This document shows, in pieces, positions 21,888 through 32,175 of a stretch of 64,000 nt of DNA (its first letter is position 1; the number at the start of each line of letters is the position of its first letter). The notes beneath the pieces were generated by a model, which was not told where the DNA came from, searched no databases, and saw nothing but the letters and a program-made list of their open reading frames with translations. The stretch spans positions 769,804 to 833,803 of the forward strand of contig CBDHDJ010000002.1 in assembly GCA_965261645.1 (NCBI GenBank). The letters run 5' to 3'. Position numbers and translations under genes: made by a program. The stretch comes from Alphaproteobacteria bacterium. GTDB taxonomy: Bacteria; Pseudomonadota; Alphaproteobacteria; SHVV01.

Positions 21888-22333
21888 TGTCTGACGTCAG
21901 CGCGTTTGGGACAAATTGAGGTAATCGCATACCGGAGGATTTCTGGCTCATCGTAGTGACCGAAGGGAACGAAGATGAGGCAGAAATCAATGAGCAAGAA
22001 CGACCCGGCGGATGGAACGGTTCGGGATATTCGCCGCAAGACACGCAAGCAGTATACGGCTGAGGAGAAGATCCGGATCGTGGTGTCGGGCCTGCGCGGC
22101 GAGGAGAGCATCGCCGCCTTGTGCCGCCGCGAGGGCATCGCCGAGGGTCTGTATTACAGCTGGTCGAAAGAGTTTTTGGAAGCGGGCAAGAAGCGGCTCG
22201 CCGGCGACACCGGGCGCCAAGCGACCTCGGGCGAGGTTAAAGGCCTGCGCCAGGAGATGCGCGACTTGAAGGAGTTGGTCGCCGAACTTTCGCTGGAGAA
22301 CCGGCTTCTCAAAAAAAACATGATCGGGCATGG

Positions 22334-23777
22334 CAGCCCGTTGATTAAGTGGCTTTTTCCGGCTCTCACTCCCAGATGAGGAATGCGGCGGCGAAAGCCG
22401 TCTGGCCGCTTTGCGAGCCCCCCCGTGCCACCAGCATGGCCCCGGTGGGCGTGAGCAGAACGAAAATACCGCCATATCCGCCCGCCACGGCCTCCCGCGG
22501 GGTGCCGGCGCCGATGAGCTGGCGCATCAGTAACGATAGATTGTGGCCGGCGACGTGGAGCAGGTATCGCTTGTGCACATTCTCTCGCCCGCGCAGCCAG
22601 GTTCGTCGCATGCCGCCACGATCGAGGTTGTGGGCAAAGCAGCGCTCGACGATCTCGGCGCGCAGCTTGAAGGCCTCGCGGGCGACCCCGGACTTGAGCC
22701 GCGCACGGTTATTGGTGACCGCGCGCCGCGCCGCCTCATCACCGTGCCAGCGCGAAAAGCCGGTCTGCTTGGGCGCCGCGATCCGGGTCTTCCAGGGACT
22801 GTCGTTCAGAGCCCTCAAGACTGCCCGTGAGTGATAGCCTTTGTCGGCGACGCATTCGGCCGGGTCCTCCGACGTCGGTGCCGCATCCACCGCCTCGAGG
22901 TTTGCCTCGGCCTTCGCCAGGGTCTTGGAAAGCGTCGTGGTGTCGCCCTCATCGGCCGGGTGCAGCTCGGCCACCACCACCGCGCCGGTGTCCAGATCCA
23001 CCGCGTGCTCGGGCTTGTAGGCCAGATGCGTCGTGCCGTCCTTCATCTTGGTGATCTTGGCCTCGGGGTCGCTCTTCGAAACCCAATCCGTGTTGGAAAG
23101 CTTCTTGCCCTTGCGCTTCCGGTCCAGACGCGCCAGGTCCTCGGCCGTGGGTGCCTCGACCCCGCTTTCCCGGGCCAGGCGCTCCAGCATCTCCCGGTAG
23201 CCTTCGCCGTTGTCGCGCCGCACGATGTTCCGCAGCGCCGCGTTGGCCTCCATGGTCGAGGCATCGACGCCGATGCGCTCGCCCTTGATCAGCCCCGCCT
23301 CGGCGATCAGCACCAGAACCCAGTCGAAGACCGCCGCGTGGACTTCATGGGGCAGGCGCGTGCGGCTCCGTGACAGCCAGGAATGGTCCGGTACCCGATC
23401 ACGGCTCCCCAGTCGCAGGAACGCCCGCAGCGAAAGCGCGTCCGAGCAGCGCCACTCCAGACCGCGCTCGCTGTCGATGCCCTCAAAGTAGCCCACCAGG
23501 TGCATCCGGAAATAGCGCCCGGGCGGCACCGAGGGCGCGCCCATCCGGGCCGCGTAATAAGGCCGGCAGCTCGCCTCGGCAAAGGCGTCGAAGCCGCCCT
23601 CGATCAGCACCGACTGCAAGCGGTCATAAAACACATGACCCGGAGAGCGCGGCATCTCCGACCAGCTCACCATCAGGTCCCCCTGACCATCCTTCTGCCG
23701 TCCCATCGCCATCGGCAAATCCCCCTGCAAATCAGGGAACCAGAGAATCAGACGGCGCCGACTTAATCAACGGGCTG
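22334..23777 (-). mobile_element. IS5/IS1182-like insertion sequence, copy 4 (nested)
   Basis: 4-bp target duplication ATGG. Inserted exactly into the orfA-orfB frameshift window of the host IS3 element. Confidence 0.85.
22366..23730 (-). CDS. IS5/IS1182-family DDE transposase
   Basis: 454-aa ORF with a few substitutions relative to the other copies. Confidence 0.8.
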   Translation of the reverse strand: MQGDLPMAMGRQKDGQGDLMVSWSEMPRSPGHVFYDRLQSVLIEGGFDAFAEASCRPYYAARMGAPSVPPGRYFRMHLVGYFEGIDSERGLEWRCSDALSLRAFLRLGSRDRVPDHSWLSRSRTRLPHEVHAAVFDWVLVLIAEAGLIKGERIGVDASTMEANAALRNIVRRDNGEGYREMLERLARESGVEAPTAEDLARLDRKRKGKKLSNTDWVSKSDPEAKITKMKDGTTHLAYKPEHAVDLDTGAVVVAELHPADEGDTTTLSKTLAKAEANLEAVDAAPTSEDPAECVADKGYHSRAVLRALNDSPWKTRIAAPKQTGFSRWHGDEAARRAVTNNRARLKSGVAREAFKLRAEIVERCFAHNLDRGGMRRTWLRGRENVHKRYLLHVAGHNLSLLMRQLIGAGTPREAVAGGYGGIFVLLTPTGAMLVARGGSQSGQTAFAAAFLIWE

Positions 23778-23793
23778 ATGGGGGAGACGAGGA

Positions 23794-24774
23794 ATGAGGT
23801 ATCCCGCATCCGAGAAGCTGGAGATCATCCGCCTGGTCGAGCAGTCCCACCTGGGCGTCGGGTCCACTTTGGACAAGCTGGGCATTCCGAAGACCACCTT
23901 TTATCGCTGGTACGATCGCTTTCTGGCCTTTGGCGACGCCGGTCTTGAGGATCGCAACAGCAGCCCAGGCCGGGTGTGGAACCGGATCCCGGATGATGTC
24001 CGGGGGCAGATCATCGATCTTGCCCTGGAGGAGACGCAACTGTCGCCCCGGGAACTGGCCGTCAGGTTTACGGACACCAGGGGCTACTTTGTCTCGGAAG
24101 CCTCGGTTTACCGGCTTCTCAAGGCTCACGACCTGATCACCAGCCCCGCTTTCGTGGTCATCAAGGCAGCCGATGAGTTCCGCGACAAGACCACGGCGCC
24201 GAACCAGCTGTGGCAGACCGACTTCACCTATCTCAAGGTCATCGGCTGGGGCTGGTTTTACCTGTCGACCATCCTGGACGACTATTCCCGCTACATCATT
24301 GCTTGGAAGCTCTGCACCAACATGACGGCGGACGATGTGACGGCAACACTGAAGTTGGCGCTAGAAGCCTCAGGCTGCAATCGCGCCAATGTCGTCCACA
24401 AGCCGAAGCTGCTCAGCGACAACGGCTCGTCCTATATCTCCGGCGATCTGGCTGAATGGCTCGAGGACCACGGTATGGATCACGTTCTGGGCGCACCGTA
24501 TCACCCGCAAACCCAGGGCAAGATCGAGCGCTGGCATCAAACGCTGAAGAACCGGATCCTGCTTGAAAATTATTATCTACCCGGCGATCTCGAAAACCAG
24601 ATCAGCGCCTTCGTCGATCACTACAACAACCAACGCTACCACGAGAGCATCGGCAACGTAACTCCAGCCAACGCCTACTTTGGACGCCACACCGCCATCA
24701 TCGAAAAGAGAAAAAAGATCAAAAAACTGACCCCCCAAAACCGCCGCTTGAACCATCAAAGCCAAGCGGCTTAA
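23794..24774 (+). CDS. IS3-family transposase OrfB
   Basis: 326 aa, same as the ORF at 11583..12671 apart from homopolymer-length differences at the 3' end. Confidence 0.8.
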   Translation: MRYPASEKLEIIRLVEQSHLGVGSTLDKLGIPKTTFYRWYDRFLAFGDAGLEDRNSSPGRVWNRIPDDVRGQIIDLALEETQLSPRELAVRFTDTRGYFVSEASVYRLLKAHDLITSPAFVVIKAADEFRDKTTAPNQLWQTDFTYLKVIGWGWFYLSTILDDYSRYIIAWKLCTNMTADDVTATLKLALEASGCNRANVVHKPKLLSDNGSSYISGDLAEWLEDHGMDHVLGAPYHPQTQGKIERWHQTLKNRILLENYYLPGDLENQISAFVDHYNNQRYHESIGNVTPANAYFGRHTAIIEKRKKIKKLTPQNRRLNHQSQAA

Positions 24775-25014
24775 CATCAAACAAAGATGAGCCAGATCCT
24801 CCCTATGAAACACGCTCAACAGTCCCATTTGTTTTGATGACGGACAGATTTACTGTTTGAAGGAGCGGTTAGCAAAAATGCTGGACAAGGGGAAAGTCGC
24901 GAACCATATAATCGGCGTCGCTCGCGGTTTACGGAACCCTGATCGAAGGTCATGAGAATCCAGGTGGTTCTTGAGAAACGAGTGAGTTCGAGAGGAACTA
25001 AGGAGGAGAGTCGC

Positions 25015-26268
25015 ATGAGGGCGAAGCTTGCAATCAAAGCCCTTGTCATGGCGGCCGGGGTCACTGCAGGCGCGCTATCCGGCGTCTCCGCGGAGACTCT
25101 CGGGCCAGTCACCGATCCACTCGGCGTGGTCAAGATCCCCAAGGGCGCACCGATTCACATCGGTGGCTATTGGACACTGTCCGGTCCGGACGTCGACCTG
25201 GGACTGGATCAGAAGCGCGGTGCGGAGATCGCCATGGATGACTGGGGAAGCATGGTTGCGGGGCACCCGATCAAGTTTTACGCCGAAGACAGCCAGTGCA
25301 ACGCCGAGGGCGGACAAACCGCGGCCACCAAGCTGGCCTCCAACCGGAATATCGTTGTTGTAATCGGACCCGACTGCTCGAGCGCCGGCATCTCCGGTGG
25401 CCCGATCCTCTGGAAGGCGGGCATCCCGAGCATAGGCACCTCGACCACCGCACCGTCACTGACCGCACCGGATCGCCCGAAGGGTCTGCACGGCTATCTG
25501 CGGACCGTCTATAACGATGTTACCGCCGGCGCCGCGGATGCTGCGTATTTTTGGAACCAGATGAACTGCAAGACCCTTGCCACGATCCACGACGGCAGCC
25601 CGTATGCCGAGCAGCTCGTGCGGGTCGCCGAGAACCGTTTCAAGGCGTTGGGTGGCGATGTGACAGCGACCGAGACAGTGGCCCCGAACGATGTCGATAT
25701 GCGCCCGGTGCTCACCCGAATCGCCATCACCAAGCCCTGCGTGGTGTATTTTCCAATCTTCGTGGCGGCGGCGGCCCAAACCGCTCGCCAATTTGGGGAG
25801 ATCAAAGGTCTTGAAACCGCCACCCCGGTTGGTGGCAGCTCGCTGATGGCGCCGAACTTCCTAAAGATGGCGGGGGACGCTGCCGTCAGCTTCGTGTTCA
25901 CAAGTCCGGATACCTCGGCGAAGGCGATGGGCGACCGCTATCCCGAACTAGTGAGAAAATATGAGAAGAAGTACGGAGAAGCGCCGATTCAGGCCTTTCA
26001 TCAAAATGCGTATGATGGAATGGTGGTGGCGCTGATGGGCATAGAGAACGTTGCGGTGAAGGACAACGCCGGCAATACCTACATTGGGCGTCAGGCGCTT
26101 CGCGACGCGTTGTTCGCCACCAAGGGCTTCGACGGCATGGGCGGTAAGATCAACTGTAACGAAGACGGTGACTGCGCGGGCTTCAAGTTTGCCGTCTACC
26201 AGTTCGTCGACTCCGACCCATCGACCTTCGAGATCGGCAAGAACCCGATCAGGGTCTACCCCAAGTAG
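25015..26268 (+). CDS. ABC transporter substrate-binding protein, branched-chain amino acid (LivK/Peripla_BP_6) type
   Basis: Signal peptide MRAKLAIKALVMAAGVTAGALSGVSAE preceded by AAGGAGG. Type I periplasmic binding fold with Leu/Ile/Val-binding-like motifs. Confidence 0.75.
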   Translation: MRAKLAIKALVMAAGVTAGALSGVSAETLGPVTDPLGVVKIPKGAPIHIGGYWTLSGPDVDLGLDQKRGAEIAMDDWGSMVAGHPIKFYAEDSQCNAEGGQTAATKLASNRNIVVVIGPDCSSAGISGGPILWKAGIPSIGTSTTAPSLTAPDRPKGLHGYLRTVYNDVTAGAADAAYFWNQMNCKTLATIHDGSPYAEQLVRVAENRFKALGGDVTATETVAPNDVDMRPVLTRIAITKPCVVYFPIFVAAAAQTARQFGEIKGLETATPVGGSSLMAPNFLKMAGDAAVSFVFTSPDTSAKAMGDRYPELVRKYEKKYGEAPIQAFHQNAYDGMVVALMGIENVAVKDNAGNTYIGRQALRDALFATKGFDGMGGKINCNEDGDCAGFKFAVYQFVDSDPSTFEIGKNPIRVYPK

Positions 26269-27040
26269 TTTGCGGGCTGTGCGACCATGACCTGATGTGT
26301 TCCCGAACCACCAAACTGCTGTCGGGATCATCGCAGGTTTACCATTGCTGCCGCGCGGGCTGGCTTGGTGCTCTTCGTCGGCCACCCAGAACGCGGTGAG
26401 GGTTCGCCGGCACGATAGGAGCCGCGCCCACGTCCCCGCTGTTCGTCGAGACTCTGATGGGCTGGCCCACCGGGTGGACCGGCTTCGGCTCTGCGGCAAC
26501 GGCGTGGTCCCTCTGGTTGCCGCGCATGCATGGCGAACTCTCAAGGCTCGGTTCGACGATGCCGCGTGAGGCGGCGTGATGGTCCCGACATGGGATCACG
26601 AACCTCCCTAACCCATTGAGTTTGCGGGTCCTTCCTGGCGGCAAACGCAAGTGGGCGGGCTCAGCGCGAAATCGCGCCAGCGACAGGGGCAAAAACTGGG
26701 TTACCACTGGGTTACCACCGGCCACCGGACACTGCTCCGGCCGAACGGAATAACGAGCGATATCAAAGACTTACGGCCCGATCAGGGGTGGTAACCTGGG
26801 TGGTAACCACCTGGTAACCAGAGCCCTTGGTTTGGAGTGCGCCCCTATGTCCGGACAGGATCACTCGGCGGCCTTGGACCGTATGCCGGGCATGTTGATC
26901 CTCGAACTGTACCGGGCTCAGATATCCGAGCGCGGAGTGGAGACGTCGTGAGTTGTAGACCTCATCGATGAATCTGGGAAGGTCTGCGGTAACGTCGTCG
27001 AAAGTCTCGTATTCCATGAGATAGGCTGCTTCGACCTTGA

Positions 27041-28484
27041 CAGCCCGTTGATTAAGTGGCTTTTTCCGGCTCTCACTCCCAGATGAGGAATGCGGCGGCG
27101 AAAGCCGTCTGGCCGCTTTGCGAGCACCCCCGTGCCACCAGCATGGCCCCGGTGGGCGTGAGCAGAACGAAAATACCGCCATATCCGCCCGCCACGGCCT
27201 CCCGCGGGGTGCCGGCGCCGATGAGCTGGCGCATCAGTAACGATAGATTGTGGCCGGCGACGTGGAGCAGGTATCGCTTGTGCACATTCTCTCGCCCGCG
27301 CAGCCAGGTTCGTCGCATGCCGCCACGATCGAGGTTGTGGGCAAAGCAGCGCTCGACGATCTCGGCGCGCAGCTTGAAGGCCTCGCGGGCGACCCCGGAC
27401 TTGAGCCGCGCACGGTTGTTGGTGACCGCGCGCCGCGCCGCCGCATCACCGTGCCAGCGCGAAAAGCCGGTCTGCTTGGGCGCCGCGATCCGGGTCTTCC
27501 AGGGACTGTCGTTCAGAGCCCTCAAGACCGCCCGTGAGTGATAACCTTTGTCGGCGACACATTCGGCCGGGTCCTCCGACGTCGGTGCCGCATCCACCGC
27601 CTCGAGGTTTGCCTCGGCCTTCGCCAGGGTCTTGGAAAGCGTCGTGGTGTCGCCCTCATCGGCCGGGTGCAGCTCGGCCGCCACCACCGCGCCGGTGTCC
27701 AGATCCACCGCGTGCTCGGGCTTGTAGGCCAGATGCGTCGTGCCGTCCTTCATCTTGGCGATCTTGGACTCGGGGTCGCTCTTCGAAACCCAATCCGTGT
27801 TGGAAAGCTTCTTGCCCTTGCGCTTCCGGTCCAGACGCGCCAGGTCCTCGGCCGTGGGTGTCTCGACCCCGCTTTCCCGGGCCAGGCGCTCCAGCATCTC
27901 CCGGTAGCCTTCGCCGTTGTCGCGCCGCACGATGTTCCGCAGCGCCGCGTTGGCCTCCATGGTCGAGGCATCGACGCCGATGCGCTCGCCCTTGATCAGC
28001 CCCGCCTCGGCGATCAGCACCAGAACCCAGTCGAAGACCGCCGCGTGGACTTCATGGGGCAGGCGCGTGCGGCTCCGTGACAGCCAGGAATGGTCCGGTA
28101 CCCGATCACGGCTCCCCAGTCGCAGGAACGCCCGCAGCGAAAGCGCGTCCGAGCAGCGCCACTCCAGACCGCGCTCGCTGTCGATGCCCTCAAAGTAGCC
28201 CACCAGGTGCATCCGGAAATAGCGCCCGGGCGGCACCGAGGGCGCGCCCATCCGGACCGCGTAATAAGGCCGGCAGCTCGCCTCGGCAAAGGCGTCGAAG
28301 CCGCCCTCGATCAGCACCGACTGCAAGCGGTCATAAAACACATGACCCGGAGAGCGCGGCATCTCCGACCAGCTCACCATCAGGTCCCCCTGACCATCCT
28401 TCTGCCGTCCCATCGCCATCGGCAAATCCCCCTGCAAATCAGGGAACCAGAGAATCAGACGGCGCCGACTTAATCAACGGGCTG
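27041..28484 (-). mobile_element. IS5/IS1182-like insertion sequence, copy 5 (nested)
   Basis: 4-bp target duplication TTGA. Confidence 0.85.
27073..28437 (-). CDS. IS5/IS1182-family DDE transposase
   Basis: 454-aa ORF. Confidence 0.8.
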   Translation of the reverse strand: MQGDLPMAMGRQKDGQGDLMVSWSEMPRSPGHVFYDRLQSVLIEGGFDAFAEASCRPYYAVRMGAPSVPPGRYFRMHLVGYFEGIDSERGLEWRCSDALSLRAFLRLGSRDRVPDHSWLSRSRTRLPHEVHAAVFDWVLVLIAEAGLIKGERIGVDASTMEANAALRNIVRRDNGEGYREMLERLARESGVETPTAEDLARLDRKRKGKKLSNTDWVSKSDPESKIAKMKDGTTHLAYKPEHAVDLDTGAVVAAELHPADEGDTTTLSKTLAKAEANLEAVDAAPTSEDPAECVADKGYHSRAVLRALNDSPWKTRIAAPKQTGFSRWHGDAAARRAVTNNRARLKSGVAREAFKLRAEIVERCFAHNLDRGGMRRTWLRGRENVHKRYLLHVAGHNLSLLMRQLIGAGTPREAVAGGYGGIFVLLTPTGAMLVARGCSQSGQTAFAAAFLIWE

Positions 28485-29080
28485 TTGAGCGTCTTCATGA
28501 AACTCTCAGCCATAGCGTTCTCGTAAGGGTTGCCACGCCGGCTCATCGAGCCGATCAGCCCATGTTTGGCGAGCAGCTTGCGATCCGCGATCCGAATGGT
28601 GGATACAGCCCCTTGGCGGCTGTCGTGACCGGACAGCGGCCTTGAGCGCTGCCAAGGTGAGCCGCGTATCGATCGAGCGGCTGATGGCATAACCAACGAC
28701 GCGGCGTGACCACGCATCGAGGATGACGGCGGCATAAACGAAGCCAACGGCGATCGCGACGTAGGTGATGTCTGCGACCCAGAGCTGGTTCGGCCTGTCG
28801 GCCGTAACGTCCTTGGCGCGGTTGGAGAAGATCGGACTATCGTGATCGCTGTCGGTTGTGGCGATGAAACGCCTGCGACGCTTGGGCTGTAGGTCGTGCT
28901 GGCGCATCAGACGGCGGATCTTCTTACCGTTGACGACGATCCCCTGATGGCGTAGCTCGGCCCCGACACGTCGATAGCCGTAAGCCTCAAACTCTTCGCA
29001 GATCGCCGTGATGCGGGCGACGATCTCGGTGTCGGCCTCGGTCGCCGGCGTATCGTAGTAGGTGGAGCGCGGCAGGCCCA

Positions 29081-29458
29081 TCAGACGACATCCTCGCGCG
29101 ATGGTGAGCCCACGGGGCCGGCAATCACGGACGTAGTCGCGCTTCTCGGCCGTGGTGCGCTCTTGAGTGCCCCTTTTAGAAACTCGATCTCCAGCGCCTG
29201 CCGGCCTACCAGGCGCTCAAGGGCAGAGATCTTCGCCTCAAATTCCTGGAGAAGGCCGGCGGCCTCCACGTCTTCGTCAAACGCGCCGGCTTCGAGCTTC
29301 GACACCCAGATGCGGATCAGGTTGCGCGAGACGTCGTGGCGCCTGGCCAGCCCGTGAAGGGTCTCGCCTCCGAGATATTCCTGAGCAACCTGTCGCTTGA
29401 ACTCAATACTGTAGGTTCGGTGCTTGGCCATGGCTTCCATCCTCTGAAAGCCCAGCAT
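29081..29458 (-). CDS. IS3-family transposase OrfA
   Basis: 125 aa. …HRTYSIEFKRQVAQEYLGGETLHGLARRHDVSRNLIRIWV… (IS3/IS911 helix-turn-helix), with a leucine-zipper tail. Confidence 0.8.
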   Translation of the reverse strand: MLGFQRMEAMAKHRTYSIEFKRQVAQEYLGGETLHGLARRHDVSRNLIRIWVSKLEAGAFDEDVEAAGLLQEFEAKISALERLVGRQALEIEFLKGALKSAPRPRSATTSVIAGPVGSPSREDVV

Positions 29459-29717
29459 TCCCGGTCAATTCCAAACGTGCAACCTGTCCACCCTCAGGGG
29501 CGCACTCCAGTTACCACCCAGGTTACCACCCTTAGTTACCACCATCGAGGACGCCGGACCGGCGCGATCGGCACCGGCCGGCGCGGTGCGCCGCCCACCA
29601 ACGAGACATCGACATCGGCCGTCCCGCCCTCCCTGGGCGCGGGCGGCCTTTTCGTGATGGGAGACCCATGACCCAGCACCCGCCAATCATGCATGTGATC
29701 TCGCTCGGCGCCGGCCC

Positions 29718-30642
29718 ATGAGCGTCCGCATCCTCATCGGCGAGTGCCGCGAGTGGCTGCGCGAGCTGCCGGAGGGCTCGGTCCACTGCGCGGTCACGAG
29801 CCCGCCCTACTACTCGCTCCGCGACTACCGCGTCCCGCCTTCCGTATGGGCGGCGATCCGGCCTGCGACCACCAGTGGGGCGAATGGCGGGAGGCGCATG
29901 ACGAGCGTGAGTCCGCGGTTGCCGGCAAGAGCCGGACCACGGACCGCTGTTACGGGGCGCCGTCCCGCCGCTTCAACGGCAACCATCAGAAGCACGCGGC
30001 CGGCGCCTGGTGCGGCAAGTGCGGCGCCTGGCTCGGCTGCCTCGGGCTCGAGCCCGATCCCGAACTCTACGTCCAACATCTGGTCGAGGCCTTTCGGGAG
30101 GTGCGCCGGGTGCTCCGGGCCGACGGCACCGTGTGGCTCAACCTCGGCGATAGCCACGCGGGCTCGTGGGGCAACTACGGAGCGCGCGCTACTTTTACGA
30201 CCGCGCGGCGGCCAGCGAGCCCTGCACGAGCGGTCCCTCGGACCGCCGCAAGATGCGCGAGGCCCGGGACCGCATCGGCGGCAAGCACAAGGACCTCGCC
30301 GATCCGCTCTCCAAGGCCAACGCCGCTTCGCGCATCGGCCGCAAGCGCGCGGTCGGGAGCGTGACGCGGCGCAATCTGAGGAACGTCTGGACCATCGCGA
30401 CCCAGCCCTTCGCACAGGCCCACTTCGCGACCATGGCCCCGAGGCTCGCCGAGATGTGCATCGCGGCGGGCTGTCCCGAGGGCGGCACCGTGCTCGATCC
30501 CTTCGCCGGCGCCGGCACCACCGGGTTGGCGGCGCGCCGTTTGGGGCGGGACGCGATCCTGATCGAGCTCAATCCGGACTACGCCGAGATCGCCCGCGAG
30601 AGGCTCGCGCGCGAGGGCGCGATGATCGCCGAGGCCGCCTGA
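29718..30642 (+). pseudogene. phage-type DNA N6/N4 methyltransferase (beta class), two frameshifts
   Basis: Motif IV …AVTSPPYYSLRDY in frame 0. The middle part (GGDPACDHQWGEW…LNLGDSHAGSWGNYG) is in frame +2, and motif I (…VLDPFAGAGTTGLAA…) is in frame +1. The shifts are in a GGG run (about 29835) and a GCGCGCGC run (about 30185). Confidence 0.6.
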
Positions 30643-31901
30643 TGGAATTCACGATCGAAGAGTGGCCGCTCGACCGGTTGCTGCCCTACGCTGCCAATGC
30701 GCGCACGCATTCCGACGACCAGGTGGCACAGATCGCGGGCTCGATCGCCGCCTTCGGCTTCAACGTGCCCTGCCTGGTGGACGACCGCGGTGTGCTGATC
30801 GCCGGTCACGGCCGGCTGCTGGCCGCGCGGCAGCTCGAGCTGGAGACCGTGCCGGTGATCCGGCTCGAACATCTGAGCGAGGCGCAGGCCAGGGCCTTCC
30901 GGATCGCCGACAACCGGATCGCCGAGAACGCCGGCTGGGACGAAGACCTGCTGCGCGTCGAGTTCGAGCAGCTGAGCGAGGCCGAGTTCGATCTCGACCT
31001 CACGGGCTTCGAGCTCGACGAGATCGATCGCCTGCTGCAGGGAGCCGACGACGGTCCCGCCGGCAACATCGACGACGACGAAGTCTCCGAGCCGCCGGAG
31101 CAACCGGTCATCCGGCCCGGCGATCTCTGGCTGCTGGGCGGTCACCGCCTGCTGTGCGGCGACGCCACCGTGCTCGGCGATGTCGAGCGGGCGCTGGACG
31201 GCGGGCTCGCGGACCTATGTTTCACCGATCCGCCCTATAACGTCGATTACGGCAACAGCGCCAAGGACCGGATGCGCGGCAAGAAACGCCGGATCCGCAA
31301 CGACAATCTGGGCGCCGACTTCGAGCGCTTCCTCGGCGAGGCCTGCACCAACATGCTCGCCGTCACCAAGGGCGCCGCCTACATCTGCATGTCGTCCTCG
31401 GAGCTGCCGACGCTGCAGCGCGCCTTCCGCGAGGCGGGCGGCCACTGGTCCACCTTCGTGATCTGGGCCAAGAATACCTTCACGCTGGGCCGGGCCGACT
31501 ACCAGCGCCAGTACGAGCCGATCCTCTGTGGCTGGAAGGAGGGCACCGACCACTACTGGTGCGGCGCCCGCGACCAGGGCGACGTCTGGTTCGTCGACAA
31601 GCCCGCGCGCAACGACCTGCACCCGACCATGAAGCCGGTGGCATTGGTCGAGCGCGCGCTCAGCAACTCGTCGAAGAGCCGGGACGTGGTGCTCGATCCC
31701 TTCGCCGGCTCGGGCTCGGGCTCGACCGCGATCGCGGCCGAGAAGACCGGACGTGCCGCGCGGCTGGTGGAACTCGATCCCGGCTATTGCGACGTCATCG
31801 TGAAACGCTGGCAGGACTGGACGGGTCAGGCCGCGACCCTCGACGGCGACGGGCGGACGTTCGACGCGGTCGCCGACGGCGCCGAACGGGCCGCGGCATG
31901 A
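30642..31901 (+). CDS. ParB-like nuclease domain / DNA methyltransferase fusion protein
   Basis: N-terminal ParB/Srx-like region (…LLPYAANARTHSDDQVAQIAGSIAAFGFNVPCLVDD…) followed by a methyltransferase with DPPY (…LCFTDPPYNVDYG…) and FxGxG (…VLDPFAGSGSGSTA…). Common in phage genomes. Start overlaps the upstream stop. Confidence 0.75.
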   Translation: MEFTIEEWPLDRLLPYAANARTHSDDQVAQIAGSIAAFGFNVPCLVDDRGVLIAGHGRLLAARQLELETVPVIRLEHLSEAQARAFRIADNRIAENAGWDEDLLRVEFEQLSEAEFDLDLTGFELDEIDRLLQGADDGPAGNIDDDEVSEPPEQPVIRPGDLWLLGGHRLLCGDATVLGDVERALDGGLADLCFTDPPYNVDYGNSAKDRMRGKKRRIRNDNLGADFERFLGEACTNMLAVTKGAAYICMSSSELPTLQRAFREAGGHWSTFVIWAKNTFTLGRADYQRQYEPILCGWKEGTDHYWCGARDQGDVWFVDKPARNDLHPTMKPVALVERALSNSSKSRDVVLDPFAGSGSGSTAIAAEKTGRAARLVELDPGYCDVIVKRWQDWTGQAATLDGDGRTFDAVADGAERAAA

Positions 31902-32128
31902 AGCAATCGAGGCCCATGTCGCTGCTCGAGGCGATGACCAACGTGGCGGTTGGCTACGGCGTCGCTGTCGTGACGCAGATGCTGGTGTTCCCGCTCTTCG
32001 GGCTCACTGTGGTGTTCGTAGACCACCTTCTGATCGGCGCTGCGTTCACGGTGATCTCGATCGCACGCGCTTTCGCGCTCAGGCGCCTGTTCGAGGCGAT
32101 CCGCGTGCTCGGCGGCATCCGAACGTGA
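31898..32128 (+). CDS. small membrane protein (2 transmembrane segments), holin-like?
   Basis: 76 aa: MKQSRPMSLLEAMTNVAVGYGVAVVTQMLVFPLFGLTVVFVDHLLIGAAFTVISIARAFALRRLFEAIRVLGGIRT. ATG overlaps the upstream stop (ATGA). Confidence 0.45.
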   Translation: MKQSRPMSLLEAMTNVAVGYGVAVVTQMLVFPLFGLTVVFVDHLLIGAAFTVISIARAFALRRLFEAIRVLGGIRT

Positions 32129-32175
32129 CACCGCCGCCCCATGGAGGAGCGGCGGCGTCGGTCTTGGGACCGGCC

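Larger units (their letters stand above)
21888..24846 (+). mobile_element. IS3-family insertion sequence, copy 2, carrying a nested IS5/IS1182-like copy
   Basis: Same termini as copy 1 (about 1,515 bp own sequence). OrfA at 21975..22333 is interrupted by the nested element, which lies between the A8 slippery run and the orfB ATG. Confidence 0.8.
26800..29081 (-). pseudogene. IS3-family transposase OrfB, split by IS insertion and internally frameshifted
   Basis: The 5' part (28485..29081) has a DDE core (…LWVADITYV…HSDRGSQ…) but changes frame before …GSMSRRGNPYENAMAESFMKTL. The 3' part (26800..27040) encodes …[13 protein letters not shown]…[16 protein letters not shown]. Confidence 0.7.
26783..29547 (-). 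mobile_element. IS3-family insertion sequence carrying a nested IS5/IS1182-like copy
   Basis: About 1.3 kb of own sequence. Terminal inverted repeats built from GGTGGTAACC repeats plus TGGAGTGCGCCCCT. OrfB is split by the nested element. Confidence 0.7.

Noticed and set aside
26270-26780. Short ORFs after the LivK-like binding-protein gene (for example …MGWPTGWTGFGSAATAWSLWLPRMHGELSRLG…)
   Set aside because: No recognisable motifs. Possibly debris of a permease gene removed by the IS3 element at 26783, but not supportable from sequence alone.
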